A stretch of DNA of 64,000 nucleotides from an uncultured Alphaproteobacteria bacterium (GTDB taxonomy: Bacteria > Pseudomonadota > Alphaproteobacteria > Sphingomonadales > Sphingomonadaceae), in assembly GCA_963799985.1 (NCBI GenBank), contig CAWCZC010000005.1, forward strand, positions 448,977 through 512,976, written 5' to 3'. Numbering within the stretch: position 1 is the first letter of the stretch; the number at the start of each line of letters is the position of its first letter. The notes under the pieces are model-generated. The model did not search any database. It had not been told where the DNA came from and was given only the letters and a program-made list of their open reading frames with translations. This document shows positions 31,067 through 41,674 of the stretch, in pieces. The position numbers were made by a program, and so were the translations under genes.

Positions 31067-33519
31067 GCGGCTTCCTCAAGCAAGGGCGCGACCAGGGCGC
31101 GGACGGTGGCGGCATCGGGCGCGGCGAGCGCGGCTTCGGCGAGCACGCGGCAATGGGCGAGCTCGAGGGTGCGGACCAGCGCCTTGGTCTCGGCGATCAT
31201 CGCGACCGGGACCGACAGCTCGGTGACGCCGAGCCCGACCAGCAGCGGCACCGCCGCGGCCTCGGCGGCGAGCCCGCCGCATACGCCGGTCCAGCGCCCG
31301 TGGTCCGAGCCGCCGCGCACCGTCGCGTCGATCAGCCGCAGCACCGCCGGGTGCAGCCCGTCGTGCCCAGCGGCGAACTCCAGCGTTGGTGCGGTCGCGC
31401 GCCAGGGCGTATTGCGAGAGGTCGTTGCTGCCGATCGAGAAGAAGGCGGCGTCGCGCGGCGAGGCTCGTGGCGGTGAGCGCGGCGGCGGGGGTCTCGACC
31501 ATGATGCCGAGCTCGGGCGCGGCGAGGCCCAGCGCCTGCGCGTGGCCGACGAGCGCGTCGCGAGCGGCGACCAGCTCGGCCAGGTCGGCGACCATCGGCA
31601 GCATGATGCGCAGCGGCGCCTCGGTTCTCACGCGAAGCAAGGCGCGCAGCTGGCTGTCGAGCAGATCGGGCCGCGCGAGCTGGAGGCGGATGCCGCGCAG
31701 GCCCAGCGCCGGATTCTCCTCTGCCGCCATCGGCAGGTAGGGCGCGGGCTTGTCGGCACCGATGTCGAGCGTGCGGACGATCAGCGGGCGCGGCACCGAG
31801 CGCATCGGCGATCGCCTGGTAGGCCTCGCGCTGCTCTTCTTCGTCGGGCGGCGCGGCGCGATCGAGGAACAGGAATTCGGTGCGCAGCAGGCCGCAACCC
31901 TCGGCGCCTTCGGCCGCGGCGGCGCGGGCGTCGGCGATCGAGCCGAGGTTGGCGAATACCTCGATACGCGTGCCGTCGCGGGTGAGGGCGTGCTCGTGTG
32001 CGCGCGCCGCTGCCGCATGGCGCCGGGCGGCGCGTGTTGCCATTCCGGTGCGAAGCTGGTCGATCGTCGCGGAGTCGGGGTCGATCAAGAGGCGACCGTC
32101 GTCGATCACCAGCATGGTGCCGCCGGGGATCCGCTCGACCGCGGCGCCGAGCGACACCAGTGTCGGCAGGCCGAGCCCGGCGGCGATGATCGCGACGTGC
32201 GAGGTGGCGCCGCCGCTCGCGGTGGCGATGCCGGCGAGACCGGCACCGGCATAGGCCATCAGCTGCGACGGCAGCAGTTCGCCCGCGACGAGGATCGCGC
32301 CGGGCGGCGCGGGCGACAGCTCGGGTTCGCCGTACAGCGCTGCGATCACGCGCCGCTCCAGGTCGATCAGGTCGTCGACCCGTTCGGCGAAGCGCGAGCC
32401 GGCGGCCTGGAGCGTCGCGACTTGGCCTTCGATTGCCCGGCGCCAGGCGATTCCCGCGCTCGCGTCGCTCGCGATGGCGCCGGCGGCGGCTTCGGCCAGC
32501 TCGGGATCGTCGAGGAAGACGAGGTGCGCAGCCGCGATATCGGCCTGCGCGCCCAGTCCGGCCGCCTCGGCTTCGAGCGCGACGCGGACCTTGTCCTTTG
32601 CGGCGGCGAGCGCTCGGGTCTCCGGGCCGGGGCCCGCGCCGGTCTTGGGGATCGCGGCGGTGCGGGCTTCGAGGCGGAAGGCCGGGCCGATCGCGGTTCC
32701 GGGCACGGCGACGATTCCCGGAAGCGTCGCGGGGAGGGGAGACTGCTCCGCCGTGAGCGGCGCGAAGGCGAGTAGCTCGCCCATGCCGCTTTCGAGCAGT
32801 TCGGCGACGGCGTCAACGCCCGTCGGATCGCTGCCGCGCACCGCGACCTCGGCGCCGTGTGGCAGCGCCAGCGCGAGCATCGCCACCGCGCTTCGTGCCG
32901 AGGCGGCGCGTCCTTCGGGGCCGACGATTTCGATTGTGCCGGGATGTGCTGCCGCCAGCTTGGCGATTCGCGCCGCCGGACGGGCATGGAGACCGTAGGC
33001 GAGCGGCAGTCGTAGCGTGCGGGTTACGCTTGGCGCGGTTTCGACCGCCTCGGCGATCGCGCCGGTCGCGTCGAGCTCGAACAACGGTTCGCCGACTGCT
33101 ACCGCTTGCCCGCTGATCGCGTCATGGAGCGCGAACGCTTCGCCATTGGTGATGATAACCGGCGTGATCAGGCTCCGCGCGGTGCGCGCGAGCCGGTCGA
33201 GATCGAAGTCGATCAGCGTTGCACCTGCCGCGACGTGGTCTCCGTCCTTCACTCGCGGGGTGAAGCCGACGCCGCCGAGTCCGACCGTGTCGAGCCCGAT
33301 GTGCATCAGCAACACCGGTCCGGCATCGAGCGCGAGCGTCACCGCGTGCCCGGCGGCGTGGATCGAGACCACGGTTCCCGCACCGGGCGCCGCGAGCCGG
33401 CCCTCGACCGGGTCGATCGCGATGCCGTCGCCGAGCATCCGCTCGGCGAACACCGGATCGGGAACCTGGTCGAGCGGGACGGCCCAGCCCGCGAGCGGGC
33501 TCGCGACGGCAATCGTCAC
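31063..33519 (-). CDS. nagF: Multiphosphoryl transfer protein EIIA-HPr-EI (compensating indels about 31390-31800)
   Basis: EIIA DPVFAERMLGDG...HIGLDTV; HPr GLHARPA; EI TSHVAI, GLLRTEFLF, RTLDIGADK. Confidence 0.88.
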   Translation of the reverse strand: MTIAVASPLAGWAVPLDQVPDPVFAERMLGDGIAIDPVEGRLAAPGAGTVVSIHAAGHAVTLALDAGPVLLMHIGLDTVGLGGVGFTPRVKDGDHVAAGATLIDFDLDRLARTARSLITPVIITNGEAFALHDAISGQAVAVGEPLFELDATGAIAEAVETAPSVTRTLRLPLAYGLHARPAARIAKLAAAHPGTIEIVGPEGRAASARSAVAMLALALPHGAEVAVRGSDPTGVDAVAELLESGMGELLAFAPLTAEQSPLPATLPGIVAVPGTAIGPAFRLEARTAAIPKTGAGPGPETRALAAAKDKVRVALEAEAAGLGAQADIAAAHLVFLDDPELAEAAAGAIASDASAGIAWRRAIEGQVATLQAAGSRFAERVDDLIDLERRVIAALYGEPELSPAPPGAILVAGELLPSQLMAYAGAGLAGIATASGGATSHVAIIAAGLGLPTLVSLGAAVERIPGGTMLVIDDGRLLIDPDSATIDQLRTGMATRAARRHAAAARAHEHALTRDGTRIEVFANLGSIADARAAAAEGAEGCGLLRTEFLFLDRAAPPDEEEQREAYQAIADALGAAPADRPHARHRCRQARALPADGGRGESGAGPARHPPPARAARSARQPAARLASRENRGAAAHHAADGRRPGRAGRRSRRARRPRAGAGPRRARARHHGRDPRRRAHRHEPRRATPPSSRSAATTSRNTPWRATAPTLEFAAGHDGLHPAVLRLIDATVRGGSDHGRWTGVCGGLAAEAAAVPLLVGLGVTELSVPVAMIAETKALVRTLELAHCRVLAEAALAAPDAATVRALVAPLLEEAA

Positions 33520-35765
33520 GGGGCCGGATCCAGCGTCAGCCGGTCGAGCATCCACAGCGGATCGGGACCGTTCTGGGCGAAGCGCATACAGAGGTCGTGC
33601 GACCCGGTCTGCGCCGGAATCGCGCCTGTCAATCGGCTGACGCCCGCGTTCTTCGCGGCCGCGGCGAGCGGCAGGCGCGCGACGATCGGCCCGGCGCAAT
33701 CGTCGAGCCGGACGATCAGCTCGCCCGCGGGCGTTTGGGGCGCATCGAACTTTACCTGCGCGAGCGAGGCACCGATCGAGAAATTGTACGGCACTTGCCC
33801 GACTTCGGCGGAGATGCTCGCGACGCCGTCGAGCGGCGCGGCCTTCCAGATCCAGCATGGGCGCATGATATCGCCCCAGAGCACGCGGCGCGTGCCTACG
33901 GTGGCATCATCGTCCTCGAGCCGGAGCGCGATCGCTTGCGAGCAGAGCGTGAGTTCTGCGGCGCCGCGGGTGCGAGTCATCGCCGGATCGATCCGCCATT
34001 CGCGCACCGTGCCGAGGGGAACCGTCCCCGCGAAGGCCTGGGCAGCAAGTCGCGTGTTTGACGTCAGCGTAAGCGGCTCGGCGTAAACGGGGGAAGCGGG
34101 GCCCGGCATGGTGCCGTCGGTGGTGTAGCGAAGCGTGCCGAGGCCGGCGGGCTCGCGCAGCGTTGCGGTGACGCGGTCGCCCGCGGCGTCGAAGGCGGCG
34201 AGGGGCTCGAGCGGCGTCCGGTCATAACCGAACCCCAGCCGGCCGTAGCGGGCGAACTCGGCGGGCAGTCGCGCCGCGAAGTTCGCCCAGTCGCGCTGCG
34301 CTGCCGGAGTCCAGCCGAGCTCGGCGAGCGCGGCGGCGCGGGGCCACAACATGCGATCGGCGTAAGCGGTGATGCGGACGTGCTCGGTCCACAGATTCGC
34401 CTGGACGCCGAGCAGGTGACGCCGCTCGTCTGGGGTGAGCGCCGCCGGCGCAGCATCGAACTCGTAGATGTGTCGCCAGTCCATCACGCCGGGCCGGCCC
34501 GGGGGTTCGTCGCCCGACTCGCTCTGGAAATGGTCGAGGTAGAAATCGGGGGCAGGGGCGAGCACCGCGTCGTGCCCGGCCTTGGCGGCGGTGATCGCCC
34601 CGGCGGTGCCGCGCCACGACATCACCGTCGCCGAGGCCGGCACCGAGCCTTCGAGGATCTCGTCCCACCCGATCAGCTTGCGGCCGCGCTCGGCAAGGTG
34701 ATCGGCGATGCGCGCGACGAACCAGCCCTGGAGCGCGGTCTCGTCGGCGAGGCCGAGCGCCTTGATCCGCGCCTGGGTGGCGGGATCGGCTTTCCACTGG
34801 GTCTTCACCGCCTCGTCGCCGCCGACGTGGATGTAGCGCGACGGGAAGAGCGCTGTCACCTCGTCGAGCACATTGGTGAGGAAGGTGAAGGTCTTGTCGT
34901 CGGTATTGAAGAGGTTGTCGAAGATTCCCCAGCCGTTCGCAGGTGCCCTGGGCGCCGCCGCGAAGCCCAGCTCGGGATAGGCGGCGATCGCCGCGCTGGC
35001 GTGGCCCGGCATCTCGATCTCGGGGACGACGGTGATGTGGCGCGCGGCGGCATAGGCGACGATCGCCCTGATCTCGGCCTTGGTGTAATAGCCGCCATAG
35101 CGAACCGGCTTGCCGGTCTTCGGGTCGCGCCCCGCAGCGCCCGCGGGCTGGCGCCAGGCGCCGACCGAGGTGAGGCGCGGATAGCGGTCGATCTCGATCC
35201 GCCACCCCTGGTCGTCGGTCAAATGCCAGTGGAACGTGTTGAGCTTCTCCATCGCCATCCGGTCGATCAGCTGGCGGACATAGGCTGCGGGCTGAAAGTG
35301 GCGCGCGGAATCGAGCATCACGCCGCGCCAGGCGAAGGCGGGGGCGTCGTCGATGGAGAGCGCCGGGATGCGGCCGCTCTTCGAGGCGGCGATCAGCTGC
35401 CACAGCGTGGTCGCGCCGTAGAAGAGCCCGGCGTCGGTCGAGGCCGAGACGGTGGCGCCGACGGGGGTGATGTGGAGGCGGTAGGCTTCGCTCCCCACAA
35501 TCGACCGATCGCGACGGAAGCGGATCGTGCCAGCCTTGGCGATCGCGAGCTTGGGCCCGCCCGCTCGGGCTATCAGATCGGTAAGGCGGTGCGCCGCCGC
35601 GGCGCCACCGGCATCTCCGGCCGAGATCGCGGCGTGAGCGAACGAAAAGCTGCCGGTGCCGGTCGTCACCGAAGCCGGCATCGGCAGCAGGGGGAGAATT
35701 GGATCCGCCTTAGCCGCGGTCATGCCGAGCAGCATGACCGCGGCGAGGGAAGTGAGGAGACGCAT
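33516..35765 (-). CDS. GH20 beta-N-acetylhexosaminidase, exported
   Basis: WRGVMLDSARH, HWHLTDDQGWR, HVGGDEA, LWTEH. Confidence 0.95.
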   Translation of the reverse strand: MRLLTSLAAVMLLGMTAAKADPILPLLPMPASVTTGTGSFSFAHAAISAGDAGGAAAAHRLTDLIARAGGPKLAIAKAGTIRFRRDRSIVGSEAYRLHITPVGATVSASTDAGLFYGATTLWQLIAASKSGRIPALSIDDAPAFAWRGVMLDSARHFQPAAYVRQLIDRMAMEKLNTFHWHLTDDQGWRIEIDRYPRLTSVGAWRQPAGAAGRDPKTGKPVRYGGYYTKAEIRAIVAYAAARHITVVPEIEMPGHASAAIAAYPELGFAAAPRAPANGWGIFDNLFNTDDKTFTFLTNVLDEVTALFPSRYIHVGGDEAVKTQWKADPATQARIKALGLADETALQGWFVARIADHLAERGRKLIGWDEILEGSVPASATVMSWRGTAGAITAAKAGHDAVLAPAPDFYLDHFQSESGDEPPGRPGVMDWRHIYEFDAAPAALTPDERRHLLGVQANLWTEHVRITAYADRMLWPRAAALAELGWTPAAQRDWANFAARLPAEFARYGRLGFGYDRTPLEPLAAFDAAGDRVTATLREPAGLGTLRYTTDGTMPGPASPVYAEPLTLTSNTRLAAQAFAGTVPLGTVREWRIDPAMTRTRGAAELTLCSQAIALRLEDDDATVGTRRVLWGDIMRPCWIWKAAPLDGVASISAEVGQVPYNFSIGASLAQVKFDAPQTPAGELIVRLDDCAGPIVARLPLAAAAKNAGVSRLTGAIPAQTGSHDLCMRFAQNGPDPLWMLDRLTLDPAP

Positions 35766-35803
35766 CGTGCCAGTCTAGGCCGAGTCCGCCCGGTGCAACA
35801 GGC

Positions 35804-38494
35804 TCAGAATTGCACCTTGCCGCCGAGCCAGAAGGTGCGCCCGTTGTCGTAATAGGCGCGCGGGATCGCGGGATCGCCGACGAAGTAATAGAGCTTCTTG
35901 TCGAGCAGGTTCTGCGCGTCGGCGGTGAGCGCGAAGTTCTTGGTCAGGTTGACCGTCACCGATGCGTCGAGCGAACCGAAATCGTCCTGCCACATCGGCG
36001 TCGAGCGATCGATGCCCGAGCGGAACTTCGAGCGGTAGGTGTAGGAGACGCGGGTCGAGAGCAATGAGTTCTCGAAATAGCCGGTCACGTTGAACGTGTG
36101 CTTCGAGTTGCCGTCGATCACCCCACCGCCCGCGGCCTGCGCGTCCGAATAGGTGTAGTTCGCCAGCACGCCGAACCCGCCGCCGATCGGCTGCTGCCAG
36201 TTGACCTCGACGCCCTTGTTGGTGCCGCCCGCGCCGTTGACGGGGCCCGTGATCAGGAAGTTCGCGCCCGTCGGGTGCTGCTGGGTGATCAGGAAGCGCG
36301 TGCTGGTCGTGGTGGTGATGTAGCTGTCGATGTTGAGGTAGAAGAGGTTCACCGAAAGGAGCGCCTGCTTGGCGTAGTACCATTCCGCGGCGGCGTTGAA
36401 CTGCCAGGCGCGGTAGGGCTTGAGGTAGGGGTTGCCGCCCGCGTTGCCCGTTAGCGCGAGATCGCTGACGGTGAAGGCCCCGGCGAGCTGGGCATAGCCC
36501 GGCCGAGTCATCACCCGGTCCGCCGCGACGCGCAGCAGCAGGTTCGGCTGAGCGTTGAAGGTGAGGTTGGCGCTGGGCAGGATATCCCAATAGCTGCGGT
36601 TGACGATCACCGTGCCGCAGGTGCCGCAGAACGGGGTGATTGTGTTCGCCACGGTGGCGTTGGGCGAATATTGCAGCGTCTGGAGCTCGGTATGCACCGC
36701 GCGGACGCCGATGTTGCCGCGCCAGCTGCTGTCGTTGCCGAGCTTGGCCATCGCGTAACCGGCCTCGGTCTTCTCCTTCACCGAGAAGCTCGCCTGCGGA
36801 TAGAAAGCGAACTGGCGGCCGCCGTTGGTCGCGAGTTCGGCAAGCACCTTGTCCTTGTCCGACACCGAATAGGGCGTGAGGCCGAGGTTGAGGCCGTCGC
36901 CATAATCGGCCGGGGTCAGCCCGCCGGCGAAGACGGTGCCGAGGCCGATCGTGTTGGTGCCCGAATAGAGGCCGTTCCCCGCCCAGCTATAGGCGGTGTA
37001 GTTCAGCTCGCGGGTGTGATCGGTGTAGCGTCCGCCGACCTTGATCGACTTGATGAAGCCGTCGTTGATCGCATATTCGGCGTCGAGGCGGCCATAGGTT
37101 TCCTCGTCGGGCGAGATGATCTTGCCGCCCCACGACCAGCTGTAATAATTGTGGAGATAGGCCGCCGACGTCGGATCGGCGGGAAGACCCGGATAGTTCA
37201 CCGCCGCGCCCTTGCCGCCGATTTGGTAGTTGACGCCGGTGTTCCAATAGGTCTCCCACGCGAACGTGTCGGTGGTCGCGCCCATGCCCTTGGTGTAGCC
37301 GGCCTCGGCGTCGATCGTCAGCGCCTCGGTCGGGTGCCATTTGGTGTCGAGGTTGAGCACCCAGGTCGACGAATAGGCCTGGCGGTAGATGTCGTCCTGA
37401 ACTCGGCCCTGCACTGCGGCGCCGCTCGCGTCGGTGGCGTTCCACGAGGCCTGGGTCAGGTAGCCGTCCTTGATCGTGTAGCTCGCCAGCGCATAGCCCG
37501 GCGTGCCGGGGGTCGAGTTGTTGCCGATCGTGCGGCTGATCCACGCCATCGAGTTGCGGTTGACGTTGTTGGCGTCCATCCGCGTGTAGATCGCGTTCGC
37601 GGTGATCTCGAACGTATCGTTCGGCTTGTACTGCATCGCGACGGTGCCGCCCTTGCGGACGCGCTGCTGGGTGAAATAGGCCGAGCCGATCAGATTGGGC
37701 GCGGCGGCGGTTTTGCCCGAGTTCGCGAAGTTGGTGTAGGTCGTGTAGCCGAGGAACTCCTGCCCGTCGCGGCGGAACTCGCGGTCCTGATAGAAGCCCG
37801 AGATCAGCACGCCGAAGGTGCCGTCCTGGCTCTTCCAGCTGTAGAGGCCCGAGACCTGCGGTTTCCACTTGCCCGCGAGATCGTTGTAATTGACCTGCCC
37901 GGTGAGGCTGAAGGTGTTGGCCTTGAGCTCGAGCGGGGTGCGGCTGTGGAGGTTGATCGTGCCGCCGATCCCGCCTTCGGGAAGATCGGCCTCGGAGGAT
38001 TTGAACACCTCGAGCTTGCCGACGATTTCCGACGGCAGCAGGCTGAAGTCGAAGCTGCGGCCGCCCGAGGTTTGGTCGAGCACGAACCAGTCGCCGGTCG
38101 CGACCGAATGGCCGTCGAGCAGGGTCAGGTTGAGCGTCGGATCGGTGCCGCGGATCGAGACCGACTGGTTCTCGCCGAAGCCGCCAGCGTTGGCCGAGCC
38201 GGTGACGACATTGACGCCGGTCAGGCGGCCGAGCGAGTCGGCGACGTTCTTGTCGGGGAACTTTCCGATGTCCTGCGCGGTCACTACTTCGGAGATCACG
38301 TCGTTGTCGCGCTTGGCCTGGAGCGAAGCCTGGATCGATGCGCGCAGACCGGTGACGACGATCTGGTTGCCGTCCGACTGGCTGTCGGCGGATTGCGTGG
38401 TGGCGGGCGCATCCTGCGCCAGGGCGGGACTGGCGATGGCCAGTGCCAGCAGACTTGCGGTAGAGGCGAACAACGCCTTGTTGATCATGACCAT
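35804..38494 (-). CDS. TonB-dependent receptor (GlcNAc/chito-oligosaccharide locus)
   Basis: IVVTGLRAS, DIGKFPDKNVADSL plug, C-terminal GGKVQF. Confidence 0.95.
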   Translation of the reverse strand: MVMINKALFASTASLLALAIASPALAQDAPATTQSADSQSDGNQIVVTGLRASIQASLQAKRDNDVISEVVTAQDIGKFPDKNVADSLGRLTGVNVVTGSANAGGFGENQSVSIRGTDPTLNLTLLDGHSVATGDWFVLDQTSGGRSFDFSLLPSEIVGKLEVFKSSEADLPEGGIGGTINLHSRTPLELKANTFSLTGQVNYNDLAGKWKPQVSGLYSWKSQDGTFGVLISGFYQDREFRRDGQEFLGYTTYTNFANSGKTAAAPNLIGSAYFTQQRVRKGGTVAMQYKPNDTFEITANAIYTRMDANNVNRNSMAWISRTIGNNSTPGTPGYALASYTIKDGYLTQASWNATDASGAAVQGRVQDDIYRQAYSSTWVLNLDTKWHPTEALTIDAEAGYTKGMGATTDTFAWETYWNTGVNYQIGGKGAAVNYPGLPADPTSAAYLHNYYSWSWGGKIISPDEETYGRLDAEYAINDGFIKSIKVGGRYTDHTRELNYTAYSWAGNGLYSGTNTIGLGTVFAGGLTPADYGDGLNLGLTPYSVSDKDKVLAELATNGGRQFAFYPQASFSVKEKTEAGYAMAKLGNDSSWRGNIGVRAVHTELQTLQYSPNATVANTITPFCGTCGTVIVNRSYWDILPSANLTFNAQPNLLLRVAADRVMTRPGYAQLAGAFTVSDLALTGNAGGNPYLKPYRAWQFNAAAEWYYAKQALLSVNLFYLNIDSYITTTTSTRFLITQQHPTGANFLITGPVNGAGGTNKGVEVNWQQPIGGGFGVLANYTYSDAQAAGGGVIDGNSKHTFNVTGYFENSLLSTRVSYTYRSKFRSGIDRSTPMWQDDFGSLDASVTVNLTKNFALTADAQNLLDKKLYYFVGDPAIPRAYYDNGRTFWLGGKVQF

Positions 38495-38631
38495 GAGCTT
38501 CCCCTTCTCCCTGTCGCGATTGGACGCGACCAAAGCCGGACCAATCCCTATCCCGGTTCCTGCCGCAAGTTGCTTTTGCGCGGCTCAGGCCCCTAACGAG
38601 CGTGATAAAGCGACATTGGTCGCAAATATGC

Positions 38632-38700
38632 AATACCAAAAATGATACCATTACGAGATTATTTAATTTTGGTATTGAAATGGCATTGTCGAATGGCATA
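38632..38700. promoter_or_regulatory. NagQ-type operator array (TGGYATH heptamers) in divergent promoter
   Basis: AATACCA 38632, GATACCA 38644, TGGTATT 38670, TGGCATT 38681, TGGCATA 38694. Confidence 0.7.
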
Positions 38701-38730
38701 GGAAGATGAGGACGGAGGGGTAGTCCAACC

Positions 38731-39465
38731 ATGTTTGTCGATCGGGTCGGAAAGCTGGCGGAAGGGGATACCGCCCCGCTTTATCAACAGCTTCAGCGCG
38801 TTCTGCGCAGTGCGATCGAGCGTCAGGTGCTCTCACCGGACGAGGCCCTGCCGCCCGAGCGCGACCTCGCGGTCGCCTACAGTGTCTCGCGCGTCACGGT
38901 GCGCAAGGCGCTCGACGGGCTGGTCGACGCGCGGCTGCTCACGCGTCGGCAGGGGGCGGGCACCTTCGTCGCCGCCCGAGTCGAAAAGAATTTCGCGACG
39001 ATCTCGTCGTTCACCGAAGACATGCGCGCGCGCGGCCGCGTGCCGCACAGCGAATGGCTCGCGCGCACCGAAGGCACCGTCACGCCCGAGGAAGCGATGG
39101 CGCTGGGATTGAGCCCGGGCAGCCCGGTCTACCGCTTCACCCGTATCCGCTATGCCGACGGCGTCTCGATGGCGCTCGAGCACGCGACAGTGCCGGCGAG
39201 CTCGCTGCCCTCGCACGACGCGGTGACCGATTCGCTCTACGACGCGCTCGGCGCAGACCGGCCGGTGCGCGTCCTCCAGCGGCTGCGCGCGGTGCTGTTC
39301 ACCGACGAGCAGTCCGAGCTGCTCAAGATCGAGCGCGACACGCCGGGGCTCGAAATCGAGCGAAGGGGCTATACGCAGGACGGCCGCACGGTAGAGTTCA
39401 CCAAATCCTGGTATCGCGGCGATGCCTATGACTTCGTTGCCGAACTCAGCGTCGCCCCCAATTGA
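38731..39465 (+). CDS. nagQ: GntR/HutC-family regulator with UTRA domain
   Basis: PLYQQL, LPPERDLA...VSRVTVRKAL, RQGAGTFV, YRGDAY; nag locus context. Confidence 0.88.
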   Translation: MFVDRVGKLAEGDTAPLYQQLQRVLRSAIERQVLSPDEALPPERDLAVAYSVSRVTVRKALDGLVDARLLTRRQGAGTFVAARVEKNFATISSFTEDMRARGRVPHSEWLARTEGTVTPEEAMALGLSPGSPVYRFTRIRYADGVSMALEHATVPASSLPSHDAVTDSLYDALGADRPVRVLQRLRAVLFTDEQSELLKIERDTPGLEIERRGYTQDGRTVEFTKSWYRGDAYDFVAELSVAPN

Positions 39466-40511
39466 CTCGAGACCCGCCCTTGCCCGTGACCCCCGAGACC
39501 CTGATGTTCGCCGAAGCCGCCGAGGCGCCCGCCGTGGTGGCGCGGCAGCAGGCGCTGCTGCGCGAGCCGGTCGCGTTGCTCGCGGAGCGGCTGCGGCGCG
39601 ATCCGCCGCGTGCGGTGGTGACGCTCGCGCGCGGGAGTTCGGACAACGCCGCCACCGTCGCGCGCTATCTGATCGAGACTCACCTGCGCCTGCTCACCAG
39701 CTCGGCGGCACCCTCGGTCGCGTCGATCTACGAGTCGGGCCCGGACTATGCCGGCACACTGATGATCGCGATCTCGCAGTCCGGAAAGAGCCCCGACCTG
39801 ATCGCCGCGGCTGAAGCCGCGCACAACGGTGGGGCGCAACTGGTCGCGCTGGTCAACGACGCGGGGTCGCCGCTCGCCACCATCGCCGATCTCGTGCTGC
39901 CGCTGGCCGCCGGTCCCGAGAAGAGCGTGGCCGCGACCAAGAGCTTCATCGCCAGCGTCTCCGCGCTGACGATGCTCGTCGCCGAATGGAGCGGGGAAGC
40001 GGATTTGCGCGAGGCAGTCGCCGCGCTGCCCGCGCTGCTCGAACAGGCATGGGCGCTCGACTGGTCGCCCGCGCTGCCGCCGCTGATCCGGGCGAGCGAC
40101 CTTTATGTCGTCGCGCGCGGCCCGGCGTTCGGCATCGCGCAGGAAGTCGCGCTCAAGATCAAGGAGACCTGCGGTTTCCACGCCGAGGCGTTCAGTGCCG
40201 CCGAGGTGCGGCACGGGCCGATGGCGCTGGTCGGCGCGGGCTTCCCGGTGCTGCTGCTCGGCCAGGACGACGAGTCGCGCGACAGCGTCGACGAACTCGC
40301 GCGCGCGTTCGCCGCGCGCGGCGCCACGGTGATCGGCGCGGGAATCGGTGAGGGACCTGGCTTGAGGCTGCCCACGCTCGAAGCGCATCCGGCGGTGCAG
40401 CCGCTGTTGCTCGTCCAGAGTTTCTACCGGCTTGCCAATGCGCTGGCGGTGGCGCGCGGGCACGATCCCGACCATCCGCCGCACCTCGCCAAGGTGACCG
40501 AGACCGTCTGA
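39462..40511 (+). CDS. SIS-domain glucosamine-6-phosphate deaminase (NagB-II)
   Basis: ARGSSDNAA, ISQSGKSPD, EKSVAATKS, EVALKIKE, AEVRHGP. Confidence 0.9.
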   Translation: MTRDPPLPVTPETLMFAEAAEAPAVVARQQALLREPVALLAERLRRDPPRAVVTLARGSSDNAATVARYLIETHLRLLTSSAAPSVASIYESGPDYAGTLMIAISQSGKSPDLIAAAEAAHNGGAQLVALVNDAGSPLATIADLVLPLAAGPEKSVAATKSFIASVSALTMLVAEWSGEADLREAVAALPALLEQAWALDWSPALPPLIRASDLYVVARGPAFGIAQEVALKIKETCGFHAEAFSAAEVRHGPMALVGAGFPVLLLGQDDESRDSVDELARAFAARGATVIGAGIGEGPGLRLPTLEAHPAVQPLLLVQSFYRLANALAVARGHDPDHPPHLAKVTETV

Positions 40512-41674
40512 TGCGCAGCGCCCTCGTCAACGGCCGAGTCCTGCTGCCTTCGGGCCTTCGCGAGGACGTGTGCGTCGTGATCGGCGACGGCGAGATCCGC
40601 GCGCTCGCCTCGGCGCCGCCCGCCGATGCCGAAGTGATCGATCTCGGCGGCAAGCTGCTGCTTCCCGGCTTCATCGACACCCAGGTCAACGGCGGTGGCG
40701 GCAAGCTGTTCAACGACGATCCGAGCGTCGCCGCGATCTGCACCATCGCCACCACCCACGCGCGCTTCGGCACCACCGGGCTGCTTCCGACCCTGATCAG
40801 CGACGATCTCTCGGTAGTCGAGGCCGGCATCCGCGCGGTCGACGATGCGATCGAGGCAGGGGTGCCCGGCGTGCTCGGCATCCATATCGAGGGGCCGTTC
40901 CTCAGCCAGCGGCGGCGCGGCATCCATAGCGAATCGAAACTCCAGCCGATGCGCGACGAGCATCTGGCGCTACTAACCTCCGCGCGACACGGACGAACCG
41001 TGGTGACGCTCGCCCCCGAATGCGTGGCGCCGGATCAGATCGCGCATCTCGTCGCGAAGGGCGTGATCGTCTCGGCGGGTCATTCGGACGCGCCCTATGA
41101 GGTGGTCCGCACCGCGATCGAGCATGGGTTGACCGGCTTCACCCACCTTTTCAACGCGATGTCGCAGCTCGCCAACCGCGCGCCTGGGATGGTCGGCGCC
41201 GCGCTCGAGGACGATCTGACCTATGCTGGGATCATCGCCGACGGCCACCACCTCCATCCCGCGACGCTGAGGGTGGCGGTGCGTGCCAAGGGGGCCAGGC
41301 GGCTGATGCTGGTGACCGACGCGATGCCGACCGTCGGCATCGACGCAACGAGCTTCCAGCTCCAGGGTCGCGAGATCTGGCGCGACGGCGAGACGCTTCA
41401 TGGCGCCGACGGCGTGCTCGCGGGCTCGACCCTCACCATGGCGGGCGCGCTGCGGGGCATGATCGCGCAAGGGCGGGTGCCGCTGGTCGATGCGGCGCGA
41501 ATGGCGTCGGCGACACCGGCCGCGTTCCTAGGCCTGGGCGACCGAATCGGCGCGATCGCGCCGGGGATGCGCGCCGACTTGGTGCTGCTCGACGATGCGC
41601 TGGCGGTTCAGGAAACCTGGATCGGCGGAGTCTCCTCGGTCCGCGCGAGCGAACCTCAGCGCGTCATCATCTGA
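40511..41674 (+). CDS. nagA: N-acetylglucosamine-6-phosphate deacetylase
   Basis: PGFIDTQVNG, HIEGPF, THLFNAM, VTDAM, LAGS. Confidence 0.95.
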   Translation: MRSALVNGRVLLPSGLREDVCVVIGDGEIRALASAPPADAEVIDLGGKLLLPGFIDTQVNGGGGKLFNDDPSVAAICTIATTHARFGTTGLLPTLISDDLSVVEAGIRAVDDAIEAGVPGVLGIHIEGPFLSQRRRGIHSESKLQPMRDEHLALLTSARHGRTVVTLAPECVAPDQIAHLVAKGVIVSAGHSDAPYEVVRTAIEHGLTGFTHLFNAMSQLANRAPGMVGAALEDDLTYAGIIADGHHLHPATLRVAVRAKGARRLMLVTDAMPTVGIDATSFQLQGREIWRDGETLHGADGVLAGSTLTMAGALRGMIAQGRVPLVDAARMASATPAAFLGLGDRIGAIAPGMRADLVLLDDALAVQETWIGGVSSVRASEPQRVII

